A DNA stretch of 64,000 nt, taken from contig OZ024740.1 of NCBI GenBank assembly GCA_964016885.1, forward strand, positions 5,642,001-5,706,000, written 5' to 3'. The notes under the pieces were generated by a model. It saw only the letters and a list, made by a program, of their open reading frames with translations. It did not search any database and was not told where the DNA came from. Below are positions 1 to 13,100 of the stretch, piece by piece (position 1 is the first letter of the stretch; every line of letters begins with the position of its first letter). Origin of the DNA: Eledone cirrhosa (lineage: Eukaryota). The translations under genes and the position numbers were made by a program.

Positions 1-1156
1 CATACCACTACTGTTGGTACCTCCCATACCACTACTATTGGTACCTCCCATACCACTACTGTTGGTACCACCCATACCACTACTGTTGGTACCACCCATA
101 TCACTACTGTTGGTACCTCCCATACCACTACTGTTGGTACCTCCCATACCATTACTGTTGGTACCACCCATACCACTACTATTGGTACCTCCCATACCAC
201 TACTGTTGGTACCTCCCATACCACTACTGTTGGTACCACCCATATCACTACTGTTGGTACCTCCCATACCACTACTGTTGGTACCTCCCATACCATTACT
301 GTTGGTACCACCCATACCACTACTGTTGGTACCTCCCATACCACTACTGTTGGTACCACCCATACCACTACTGTTGGTACCTCCCATACCATTACTGTTG
401 GTACCACCCATACCACTACTGTTGGTACCTCCCATACCACTACTATTGGTACCTCCCATACCAAATGTTGGTACCACCCATACCACTAATGTTGGTACCT
501 CCCATATCACTACTGTTGGTACCACCCATACCACTACTGTTGGTACCTCCCATACCATTACTGTTGGTACCACCCATACCACTACTGTTGGTACCTCCCA
601 TACCACTACTATTGGTACCTCCCATACCAAATGTTGGTACCACCCATACCACTACTGTTGGTACCTCCCATATCACTACTGTTGGTACCACCCATACCAC
701 TACTGTTGGTACCTCCCATACCATTACTGTTGGTACCACCCATACCACTACTGTTGGTACCTCCCATACCACTACTGTTGGTACCTCCCATACCACTACT
801 GTTGGTACCACCCATATCACTACTGTTGGTACCTCCCATACCACTACTGTTGGTACCTCCCATATCACTACTGTTGGTACCACCCATACCACTACTGTTG
901 GTACCACCCATACCACTACTGTTAGTACCACCAATACCACTACTGTTGGTACTTCCCATACCAAATGTTGGTACCACCCATACCACTACTGTTGGTACCA
1001 CCCATATCACTACTGTTGGTACCACCCATACCACTACTGTTGGTACCACCCATACCACTACTGTTGGTACCTCCCATACCACTACTGTTGGTACCTCCCA
1101 TACCATAACTGTTGGTACCACCAAATACCACTACTGTTGGTACCACCCATACCATC
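1..1156. repeat. 24-bp minisatellite (CATACCACTACTGTTGGTACC[T/A]CC)n, runs off the left edge
   Basis: About 48 near-identical 24-bp units, almost all with GGTACC; occasional 22-bp variant (CATACCAAATGTTGG) near 460, 625 and 960. Overlapping ORFs are 8-aa periodic in several frames. Confidence 0.97.
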
Positions 1157-1182
1157 ATGATGATAAAGGGATGAGATCTAAA

Positions 1183-4100
1183 AGAGGGTTTTTATCAAGA
1201 CTCTGTGTCCCCTGTAGTGGCATGAAAGGGGTCTATTGTGGGGACTAACAGAGGTTTTATCAAGACTCTGTGTCCCCTGTAGTGGCCTGAAAGGGGTCTA
1301 TTGTGGGGACTAACAGAGGTTTTATCAAGACAATGTGTCCCCTGTAGCGGCCTGAAAGGGGTCTATTGTGGGGACTAACAGGTTTTATCAAGACTCTGTG
1401 TCCCCTGTAGTGGCCTGAAAGGGGTCTATTGTGGGGACTAACAGAGGTTTTATCAAGAAACTGTGTCCCCTGTAGTGGCCTGAAAGGGGTCTATTGTGGG
1501 GACTAACAGGTTTTATCAAGACTCTGTGTCCCCTGTAATGGCCTGAAAGGGGTCTATTGTGGGGACTAACAGGGTTTTTATCAAGACTCTGTGTCCCCTG
1601 TAGTGGCCTGAAAGGGGTCTATCGTGGGGACTAACAGATGTTTTATCAAGACTCTGTGTCCCCTGTAGTGGCCTGAAAGGGTTAAATTGTGGGGACTAAC
1701 AGAGGTTTTATCAAGACTCTGTGTCCCCTGCAGTGGCCTGAAAGGGGTCTATTGTGGGGACTAACAGGGTTTTTATTAAGACTCTGTGTCCGCTGTAGTG
1801 GCCTGAAAGGGGTCTATTGTGGGGACTAACAGGGTTTTTATCAAGACTCTGTGTCTCCTGTAGTGGCCTGAAAGGGGTCTATTGTGGGGACTAACAGGGT
1901 TTTTATTAAGACTCTGTATCCCCAGTAGTGGCCTGAAAGGGGTCTATTGTGGGGACTAACAGGGTTTTTATCAAGACTCTGTGTCCCCTGTAGTGGCCTG
2001 AAAGGGGTCTATTGTGGGGACTAACTGGGTTTTTATCAAGACTCTGTGTCCCCTGTAGTGGACTAAAAGGGATCTATTGTGGGGACTAACAGGGTTTTTA
2101 TCAAGACTCTGTGTCCCCTGCAGTGGCCTGAAAGGGGTCTATTGTGGGGACTAACAGGGTTTTTATCAAGACTCTGTGTGGTCTGTAGTGGCCTGAAAGG
2201 GGTCTATTGTGGGGAGTAACAGGGTTTTTATCAAGACTCTGTGTCCCCTGCAGTGGCCTGAAAGGGGTCTATTGTGGGGACTAACAGGGTTTTTATCAAG
2301 AATCTGTGTCCCCTGCAGTGGCCTGAAAGGCGTCTATTGTGGGGACTAACAGAGGTTATATGAAGACAATGTGTCCCCTGTAGTGGCCTGAAAGGGGTCT
2401 TTTGTGGGGACTAACAGATGTTTTATCAAGACTCCGTGTCCCATGTAGTGGCCTGAAAGGCTTCTATTGAGGGGAGTAACAGGGTTTTTATCAAGACTCT
2501 GGGTCCCCTGTAGTGGCCTGAAAGGGGTCTATTGTGGGGACTAACAGAGGTTTTATCAAGACTCTGTGTCCCCTGTAGTGGCTTGAAAAGGGTCTATTGT
2601 GGGGACTACAAGAGGTTTTATGAAGACTCTGTGTCCCCTGTAGTGGCCTGAGAGGGGTTTATTGTTGGGCCTAACAGAGGTTTTATCAAGACTCTGTGTC
2701 CCCTGTAATGGCCTGAAAGGGGTCTATTGTGGGGACTAACAGGGTTTTTATCAAGACTCTGTGTCCCCTGTAGTGGCCTGAAAGGGGTCTATTGTCGGGA
2801 GTAACAGATGTTTTATCAAGACTCTGTGTCTCCTGTAGTGGCCTGAAAGGGGTCTAGTGCGGGGACTAATAGAGGTTTTATCGAGACCCTGTGTCTCCTG
2901 TAGTGGCCTGAAAGGGGTTTATTGTGGGGACTAACAGAGGTTTTATTAAGACTCTGTGTCCCCTGTAGTGGCTTGAAAGGGGTTTATTGTGGGGACTACC
3001 AGAGGTTTTATCAAGACTCTGTGTCCCCTGTAGTGGCCTGAGAGGGGTTTATTTTTGGGCCTAACAGAGGTTTTATCAAGACTCTGTGTCCCCTGTAATG
3101 GCATGAAAGGGGTCTATTATGGGGACTAACAGATGTTTTATCAAGACTCTGTGTCCCCTGTAGTGGCCTGAAAGGGGTCTAGTGTGGGGACTAACAGGGT
3201 TTTTATCAAGATTCTGTGTCCCCTGTAGTGGCCTGAAAGGGGTCTATTGTGGGAACTAACAGAGGTTTTATCAAGATTCTGTGTCTCCTGTAGTGGCCTG
3301 AAAGGGGTCTATTGTGGGAACTAACAGAGGTTTTATCAAGACTCTGTGTCTCCTGTAGTGGCCTGAAAGGGGTCTATTGTGGGGACTAACAGGGTATTTA
3401 TCAAGACTCTGTGTCTCCTGTAGTGGCCTGAAAGGGGTCTATTGTGGGGACTAACAGATGTTTTATCAAGACTCTGTGTCCCCTGTAATGGCCTGAAAGG
3501 GGTCTATTGTGTGAACGAACAGGGTTTTTATCAAGACTCTGTGTCCCCTGTAGTGGCCTGAAAGGGGTCTATTGTGGGGACTAACAGATGTTTTATCAAG
3601 ACTCTGTGTCCCCTGTAGTGGCCTGAAAGGGTTCTAGTGTGGGGACTAACAGAGGTTTTATCAAGACCCTGTGTCCCCTGTAGTGGACTGAAAGGGGTAA
3701 ATTGTGGGGACTAACAGGGTTTTATCAAGACTCTGTGTCCCCTGTAGTGGCCTGAAAGGGGTCTAGTGTGGGGACTAACAGGGTTTTTATCAAGACTCCG
3801 TGTCCCCTGTAGTCGCCTGAAAGGGGTCTATTGTGGGAACTAACAGAGGTTTTATCAAGACTCTGTGTCCGCTGTAGTGGCCTGAAAGGGGTTATATTGT
3901 GTGGACTAACAGGGTTTTTATCAAGACTCTGTGTCTCCTGTAGTGGCCTGAAAGGGGTCTATTGTGGGGACTAACAGTGGTTTTATCAAGACCCTGTGTC
4001 CCCTGTAGTGGCCTGAAAGGGGTCTATTGTGGGGACTAATAGGGTTTTTATGAAGACTCTGTGTCCCCTGTAGTGGCCTGAAAGGTATCTATTGTGGGGA

Positions 4101-7100
4101 CTAACAGGGTTTTTATCAAGACTCTGTGTCCCCTGTAGTGGCGTGAAAGGGGTCTATTGTGGGGACAAGCAGGGTTTTTATTAAGACTCTGTGTCCCCTG
4201 TAGTGGCCTGAAAGGGGTCTATTGTGGGGACTAACAGGGTTTTTATCAAGAATCTGTGTCCCCTGCTGTGGCCTGAAAGGGGTCTATTGTGGGGACTAAC
4301 AGATGTTTTATCAAGACTCTGTGTCCCCTGTAGTGGCCTGAAAGGGGTCTATTGTGGGGACTAACAGGGTTTTTATCAAGAATCTGTGTCCCCTGCTGTG
4401 GACTGAAAGGTGTCTATTGTGGGGACTAACAGGGTTTTTATTAAGACTCTGTGTCCCCTGTCGTGGCCTGAAAGGGTTCTATTGTGGGGACTAGCAGGTT
4501 TTTATCAAGACTCTGTGTCCCCTGCAGTGGCCTGAAAGGGGTCTATCGTGGGGACTAACAGGATTTTTATCAAGACTCTGGGTCCCCTGTAGTGGCCTGA
4601 AAGGGGTCTATTGTGGGGACTAACAGGGTTTTTATTAAGACTCTGTGTCCCCTGTGGTGGCCTGAAAGGGGTCTATTGTGGGGACTAACAGATGTTTTAT
4701 CAAGACTCTGTGTCCCCTGTAGTGGCCTGAAAGGGGTCTATTGTGGGGACTAACAGGGTCTTTATCAAGACTCTGGGTCCCCTGTAGTGGCCTGAAAGGG
4801 ATCTATTGTGGGGACTAACAGGGTTTTTATCAAGACTCTGTGTCCCCTGTAGTGGCCTGAAAGGGGTCTATTGTGGGGACTAACAGGGTTTTTATCAAAT
4901 ATCTGTGTCCCCTGCTGTGGCCTGAAAGGGGTCTATTGTGGGGACTAACAGGGTTTTTATCAAGACTCTGTGTCTCCTGTAGTTGCCTGAAAGGGGTCTA
5001 TTGTGGGGACTAACAGGGTTTTTATTAAGACTCTGTATCCCCAGTAGTGGCCTGAAAGGGGTCTATTGTGGGGACTAACAGGGTTTTTATCAAGACTCTG
5101 TGTCCCATGTAGTGGCCTGAAAGGGATCTATTTTGGGGACTAACAGGGTTTTTATCAAGACTCTGTGTCCCCTGTAGTGGCCTGAAAGGGGTCTATTGTG
5201 GGGACTAACAGGGTTTTTATCAAGGATCTCCGTCCCCTGCAGTGGCCCAAAAAGGGTAAATTATGGGGACTAACAGAGGTTTTATCAAGACTCTGTGTCC
5301 CCTGTAGTGACCTGAAATGTGTCTATTGTGGGGTCTAACAGGGTTTTTATCAAGACTCTGTGTGCTCTGTATTGGCGTGAAAGGGGTCTATTGTGGGGAC
5401 TAACAGGGTTTTTATCAAGAATCTGTGTCCCCTGCAGTGGCCTGAAAGGCGTCTATTGTGGGGACTAACAGGGTTTTTATCAAGAATCTGTGTCCCCTGC
5501 AGTGGCCTGAAAGGCGTCTATTGTGGGGACTAACAGTGTTTTTATCAAGACTCTGTGTCCCCTGTAGTGGCCCGAAAGGTGTGAAGTGTGGGGACTAACA
5601 GAGGTTTTATCAAGACCCTGTGTCCCCTGTAGTGGCCTGAAAGGGGTAAATTGTGGGAACTAACAGAGGTTTTATCAAGACTCCGTGTCCCATGTAGTGG
5701 CCTGAAAGGCTTCTATTTAAGGGAGTAACAGGGTTTTTATCAAGACTCTGGGTCCCCTGTAGTGGCCTGAAAGGGGTCTATTGTGGGGACTAACAGAGGT
5801 TTTATCAAGACTCTGTGTCCCCTGTAGTGGCTTGAAAGGGGTTTATTGTGGGGACTACCAGAGGTTTTATCAAGACTCTGTGTCCCCTGTAGTGGCCTGA
5901 GAGGGGTTTATTTTTGGGCCTAACAGAGGTTTTATCAAGACTCTGTGTCCCCTGTAATGGCCTGAAAGGGGTCTATTGTGGGGACTAACAGATGTTTTAT
6001 CAAGACTCTGAGTCCCCTGTAGTGGCCTGAAAGGGGTCTAGTGTGGGGACTAACAGAGATTTTATCAAGACCCTGTGTCCCCTGTAGTGGCCTGAAAGGG
6101 GTCTATTGTGGGGACTCACAGGGTTTTTATCAAGACTCTGTGTCCCCTGTAGTGGCCTGAAAGGTATCTATTGTGGGGACTAACAGGGTTTTTATCAAGA
6201 CTCTGTGTACCCTGTACTGGCGTGAAAGGAGTCTATTGTGGGGACAAACAGGGTTTTTATTAAGACTCTGTGTCCCCTGTAGTGGCCTGAAAGGGGTCTA
6301 TTGTGGGGACTAACAGATGTTTTATCAAGACTCTGTGTCCCCTGTAGTGGCCTGAAAGGGGTCTATTGTGGGGACTAACAGGGTTTTTATCAAGAATCTG
6401 TGTCCCCTGTATTGGCCTGAAAGGGGTCTATTGTGGGGACTAACAGGGTTTTTATCAAGACTCTGGGTACCCTGTAGTGGCCTGAAAGAGGTCTATTTTG
6501 GGGACTAACAGGGTTTTTATCAAGAATCTGTGTCCCCTGCAGTGGCCTGAAAGGCGTCTATTGTGGGGACTAACAGAGGTTTTATCAAGACGCTGTGTCT
6601 GCTGTAGTGGCCTGAAAGGGGTCTATTGTGGGGACTAACAGGGTTTTTATCAAACTCTGGGTCCCGTGTAGTGACCTGAAAGGGGTCTATTGTGGGGACT
6701 AACAGGGTTTTTATCAAGACTCTGTGTCCCCTGTAGTGGCCTCAATGGGGTCTATTTTGGGGACTAACAGAGGTTTTATCAAGACTCTGTGTCCCCTGTA
6801 GTGGCCTGAAAGGGATCTAGTGTGGGGACTAACCGAGGTTTTATCAAGACTCTGTGTCCCCTGTAGTGGTCTGATATGGGTAAATTGTGGGGACTAACAG
6901 AGGTTTTATCAAGTCTCTGTGTCCCCTGTCGTGGCCTGAAAGGGGTCTATTGTGGGGACTAACAGGGTTTTTATCAAGACTCTGTGTCCCCTGTAGTGGC
7001 CTGAATTGGGTCTATTGTGGGGACTAACAGAGGTTTTATCAAGACGCTGTGTCCGCTGTAGTGGCCTGAAAGGGGTCTATTGTGGGGACTAGCAGGGTTT

Positions 7101-10100
7101 TTATCAAACTCTGGGTCCCGTGTAGTGGCCTGAAAGGGGTCTATTGTGGGGACTAACAGGGTTTTTAACAAGACTCTGTGTCCCCTGTAGTGGCCTGAAT
7201 GGGGTCTATTGTCGGGACTACCAGAGGTTTTATCAAGACGCTGTGTTCGCTGTAGTGGCCTGAAAGGGGTCTATTGTGGGGACTAACAGGGTTTTTATCA
7301 AACTCTGGGTCCCGTGTTGTGGCCTGAAAGGGGTCTATTGTGGGGACTAACAGGGTTTTTATCAAGACTCTGTGTCTCCTGTAGTGGCCTGAAAGGGGTC
7401 TATTGTGGGGACTAACAGGGTTTTTATTAAGACTCTGTATCCCCAGTAGTGGCCTGAAAGGGGTCTATTGTGGGGACTAACAGGGTTTTTATCAAGACTC
7501 TGTGTCCCCTGTAGTGGCCTGAAAGGTGTCTATTGTGGGGACTAACTGGGTTTTTATCAAGACTCTGTGTCCCCTGTAGTGGACTAAAAGGGATCTATTG
7601 TGGGGACTAACAGGGTTTTTATCAAGACTCTGTGTCCCCTGCAGTGGCCTGAAAGGGGTCTATTGTGGGGACTAACAGGGTTTTTATCAAGACTCTGTGT
7701 GGTCTGTAGTGGCCTGAAAGGGGTCTATTGTGGGGAGTAACAGGGTTTTTATCAAGACTCTGTGTCCCCTGCAGTGGCCTGAAAGGGGTCTATTGTGGGG
7801 ACTAACAGGGTTTTTATCAAGAATCTGTGTCCCCTGCAGTGGCCTGAAAGGCGTCTATTGTGGGGACTAACAGAGGTTATATGAAGACAATGTGTCCCCT
7901 GTAGTGGCCTGAAAGGGGTCTTTTGTGGGGACTAACAGATGTTTTATCAAGACTCCGTGTCCCATGTAGTGGCCTGAAAGGCTTCTATTGAGGGGAGTAA
8001 CAGGGTTTTTATCAAGACTCTGGGTCCCCTGTAGTGGCCTGAAAGGGGTCTATTGTGGGGACTAACAGAGGTTTTATCAAGACTCTGTGTCCCCTGTAGT
8101 GGCTTGAAAAGGGTCTATTGTGGGGACTACAAGAGGTTTTATGAAGACTCTGTGTCCCCTGTAGTGGCCTGAGAGGGGTTTATTGTTGGGCCTAACAGAG
8201 GTTTTATCAAGACTCTGTGTCCCCTGTAATGGCCTGAAAGGGGTCTATTGTGGGGACTAACAGGGTTTTTAACAAGACTCTGTGTCCCCTGTAGTGGCCT
8301 GAATGGGGTCTATTGTCGGGACTACCAGAGGTTTTATCAAGACGCTGTGTTCGCTGTAGTGGCCTGAAAGGGGTCTATTGTGGGGACTAACAGGGTTTTT
8401 ATCAAACTCTGGGTCCCGTGTAGTGGCCTGAAAGGGGTCTATTGTGGGGACTAACAGGGTTTTTATCAAGACTCTGTGTCTCCTGTAGTGGCCTGAAAGG
8501 GGTCTATTGTGGGGACTAACAGGGTTTTTATTAAGACTCTGTATCCCCAGTAGTGGCCTGAAAGGGGTCTATTGTGGGGACTAACAGGGTTTTTATCAAG
8601 ACTCTGTGTCCCCTGTAGTGGCCTGAAAGGGGTCTATTGTGGGGACTAACTGGGTTTTTATCAAGACTCTGTGTCCCCTGTAGTGGACTAAAAGGGATCT
8701 ATTGTGGGGACTAACAGGGTTTTTATCAAGACTCTGTGTCCCCTGCAGTGGCCTGAAAGGGGTCTATTGTGGGGACTAACAGGGTTTTTATCAAGACTCT
8801 GTGTGGTCTGTAGTGGCCTGAAAGGGGTCTATTGTGGGGAGTAACAGGGTTTTTATCAAGACTCTGTGTCCCCTGCAGTGGCCTGAAAGGGGTCTATTGT
8901 GGGGACTAACAGGGTTTTTATCAAGAATCTGTGTCCCCTGCAGTGGCCTGAAAGGCGTCTATTGTGGGGACTAACAGAGGTTATATGAAGACAATGTGTC
9001 CCCTGTAGTGGCCTGAAAGGGGTCTTTTGTGGGGACTAACAGATGTTTTATCAAGACTCCGTGTCCCATGTAGTGGCCTGAAAGGCTTCTATTGAGGGGA
9101 GTAACAGGGTTTTTATCAAGACTCTGGGTCCCCTGTAGTGGCCTGAAAGGGGTCTATTGTGGGGACTAACAGGGTTTTTAACAAGACTCTGTGTCCCCTG
9201 TAGTGGCCTGAATGGGGTCTATTGTCGGGACTACCAGAGGTTTTATCAAGACGCTGTGTTCGCTGTAGTGGCCTGAAAGGGGTCTATTGTGGGGACTAAC
9301 AGGGTTTTTATCAAACTCTGGGTCCCGTGTAGTGGCCTGAAAGGGGTCTATTGTGGGGACTAACAGGGTTTTTATCAAGACTCTGTGTCTCCTGTAGTGG
9401 CCTGAAAGGGGTCTATTGTGGGGACTAACAGGGTTTTTATTAAGACTCTGTATCCCCAGTAGTGGCCTGAAAGGGGTCTATTGTGGGGACTAACAGGGTT
9501 TTTATCAAGACTCTGTGTCCCCTGTAGTGGCCTGAAAGGGGTCTATTGTGGGGACTAACTGGGTTTTTATCAAGACTCTGTGTCCCCTGTAGTGGACTAA
9601 AAGGGATCTATTGTGGGGACTAACAGGGTTTTTATCAAGACTCTGTGTCCCCTGCAGTGGCCTGAAAGGGGTCTATTGTGGGGACTAACAGGGTTTTTAT
9701 CAAGAATCTGTGTCCCCTGCAGTGGCCTGAAAGGCGTCTATTGTGGGGACTAACAGAGGTTATATGAAGACAATGTGTCCCCTGTAGTGGCCTGAAAGGG
9801 GTCTTTTGTGGGGACTAACAGATGTTTTATCAAGACTCCGTGTCCCATGTAGTGGCCTGAAAGGCTTCTATTGAGGGGAGTAACAGGGTTTTTATCAAGA
9901 CTCTGGGTCCCCTGTAGTGGCCTGAAAGGGGTCTATTGTGGGGACTAACAGAGGTTTTATCAAGACTCTGTGTCCCCTGTAGTGGCTTGAAAAGGGTCTA
10001 TTGTGGGGACTACAAGAGGTTTTATGAAGACTCTGTGTCCCCTGTAGTGGCCTGAGAGGGGTTTATTGTTGGGCCTAACAGAGGTTTTATCAAGACTCTG

Positions 10101-13100
10101 TGTCCCCTGTAATGGCCTGAAAGGGGTCTATTGTGGGGACTAACAGGGTTTTTAACAAGACTCTGTGTCCCCTGTAGTGGCCTGAATGGGGTCTATTGTC
10201 GGGACTACCAGAGGTTTTATCAAGACGCTGTGTTCGCTGTAGTGGCCTGAAAGGGGTCTATTGTGGGGACTAACAGGGTTTTTATCAAACTCTGGGTCCC
10301 GTGTAGTGGCCTGAAAGGGGTCTATTGTGGGGACTAACAGGGTTTTTATCAAGACTCTGTGTCTCCTGTAGTGGCCTGAAAGGGGTCTATTGTGGGGACT
10401 AACAGGGTTTTTATTAAGACTCTGTATCCCCAGTAGTGGCCTGAAAGGGGTCTATTGTGGGGACTAACAGGGTTTTTATCAAGACTCTGTGTCCCCTGTA
10501 GTGGCCTGAAAGGGGTCTATTGTGGGGACTAACTGGGTTTTTATCAAGACTCTGTGTCCCCTGTAGTGGACTAAAAGGGATCTATTGTGGGGACTAACAG
10601 GGTTTTTATCAAGACTCTGTGTCCCCTGCAGTGGCCTGAAAGGGGTCTATTGTGGGGACTAACAGGGTTTTTATCAAGACTCTGTGTGGTCTGTAGTGGC
10701 CTGAAAGGGGTCTATTGTGGGGAGTAACAGGGTTTTTATCAAGACTCTGTGTCCCCTGCAGTGGCCTGAAAGGGGTCTATTGTGGGGACTAACAGGGTTT
10801 TTATCAAGAATCTGTGTCCCCTGCAGTGGCCTGAAAGGCGTCTATTGTGGGGACTAACAGAGGTTATATGAAGACAATGTGTCCCCTGTAGTGGCCTGAA
10901 AGGGGTCTTTTGTGGGGACTAACAGATGTTTTATCAAGACTCCGTGTCCCATGTAGTGGCCTGAAAGGCTTCTATTGAGGGGAGTAACAGGGTTTTTATC
11001 AAGACTCTGGGTCCCCTGTAGTGGCCTGAAAGGGGTCTATTGTGGGGACTAACAGAGGTTTTATCAAGACTCTGTGTCCCCTGTAGTGGCTTGAAAAGGG
11101 TCTATTGTGGGGACTACAAGAGGTTTTATGAAGACTCTGTGTCCCCTGTAGTGGCCTGAGAGGGGTTTATTGTTGGGCCTAACAGAGGTTTTATCAAGAC
11201 TCTGTGTCCCCTGTAATGGCCTGAAAGGGGTCTATTGTGGGGACTAACAGGGTTTTTATCAAGACTCTGTGTCCCCTGTAGTGGCCTGAAAGGGGTCTAT
11301 TGTCGGGAGTAACAGATGTTTTATCAAGACTCTGTGTCTCCTGTAGTGGCCTGAAAGGGGTCTAGTGCGGGGACTAATAGAGGTTTTATCGAGACCCTGT
11401 GTCTCCTGTAGTGGCCTGAAAGGGGTTTATTGTGGGGACTAACAGAGGTTTTATCAAGCAGGGTTTTTATCAAGACTCTGTGTCCCCTGTAGTGGCCTGA
11501 AAAGGGTCTATTGTGGGGTCTAACAGAGGTTTTATCAAGACTCTGTGTCCCCTGTAGTGGCTTGAAAGGGGTTTATTGTGGGGACTACCAGAGGTTTTAT
11601 CAAGACACTGTGTCCCCTGTAGTGGCCTGAAAGGGGTTTATTGTGGGGACTAACAGAGGTTTTATTAAGACTCTGTGTCCCCTGTAATGGCCTGAAAGGG
11701 GTAAATTGTGGGGTCTAACAGGGTTTTTATCAAGACTCTGTGTGCTCTGTAGTGGCCTGAAAGGGGTCTATTGTGGGGAGTAACAGGGTTTTTATCAAGA
11801 CTCTGTGTCCCCTGCAGTGGCCTGAAAGGGGTCTATTGTGGGGACTAACAGGGTTTTTATCAAGACTCTGTGTCCCCTGTAGTGGCCTGAATGGGGTTTA
11901 TTGTGGGGACTAACAGGGTTTTTATCAAGGCGCTGGGTCCCCTGTAGTGGCCTAAAAGGGGTCTATTGTGGGGACTAACAGGGTATTTATCAAGAATCTG
12001 TGTCCCCTGCAGTGGCCTGAATGGCGTCTATTGTGAGGACTAACAGAGGTTATATGAAGACAATGTGTCCCCTGTAGTGGCCTGAAAGGGGTCTTTTGTG
12101 GGGACTAACAGATGTTTTATCAAGACTCCGTGTCCCATGTATTGGCCTGAAAGGGGTCTATTATGGGGAGTAACAGGCTTTTTATCAAGACTCTGGGTCC
12201 CCTGTAGTGGCCTGAAAGGGGTCTATTGTGGGGACTAACAGGGTTTTTATCAAGAATCTGTGTCCCCTGCAGTGGCCTGAATGGCGTCTATTGTGAGGAC
12301 TAACAGAGGTTATATGAAGACAATGTGTCCCCTGTAGTGGCCTGAAAGGGGTCTTTTGTGGGGACTAACAGATGTTTTATCAAGACTCCGTGTCCCATGT
12401 AGTGGCCTTAAAGGCTTCTATTGAGGAGAGTAACAGGGTTTTTATCAAGACTCTGGGTCCCCTGTAGTGGCCTGAAAGGGGTCTATTGTGGGGACTAACA
12501 GAGGATTTATCAAGACTCTGTGTCCCCTGTAGTGGCTTGAAAGGGGTTTATTGTGGGGACAAACCAGAGGTCTTATCAATACTCTGTGTCCCCTGTAGTG
12601 GCCTGAGAGGGGTTTATTGTTGGGCCTAACAGAGGTTTTATCAAGACTCTGTGTCCCCTTTAATGGCCTGAAAGGGATCTATTGTGGGGACTAACAGGGT
12701 TTTTATCAAGACTCTGTGTCCCCTGTAGTAGCCTGAAAGGGGTCTATTGTGGGGACTACCAGAGGTTTTATCAAGACTCTGTGTCCCCTGTAATGGCCTT
12801 AAAGGCTTCTATTGAGGAGAGTAACAGGGTTTTTATCAAGATTCTGGGTCCCCTGAAGTGGCCTGAAAGGGGTCTATTGTGGGGACTAACAGAGGTTTTA
12901 TCAAGACTCTGGGTCCCCTGTAGTGGCCTGAAAGGGGTCTATTGTGGGGACTAACAGGGTTTTTATCAAGACTCTGTGTCCCCTGTAGTGGCCTGAAAAG
13001 GGTCTATTGTGGGGACTAACAGGGTTTTTATCAAGACTCTGTGTCCCCTGTAGTGGCCTGAAAGGGGTCTTTTGTGGGGACTAACAGGGTTTTTATCAAG

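Noticed and set aside
14-1248. Long low-complexity ORFs (VPPIPLLL, CWYHPYHY, GMGGTNSS repeats)
   Set aside because: The 24-bp unit is stop-free in several frames and 22-bp variants shift frames; no unique coding flanks. A mucin-like exon is not supported.
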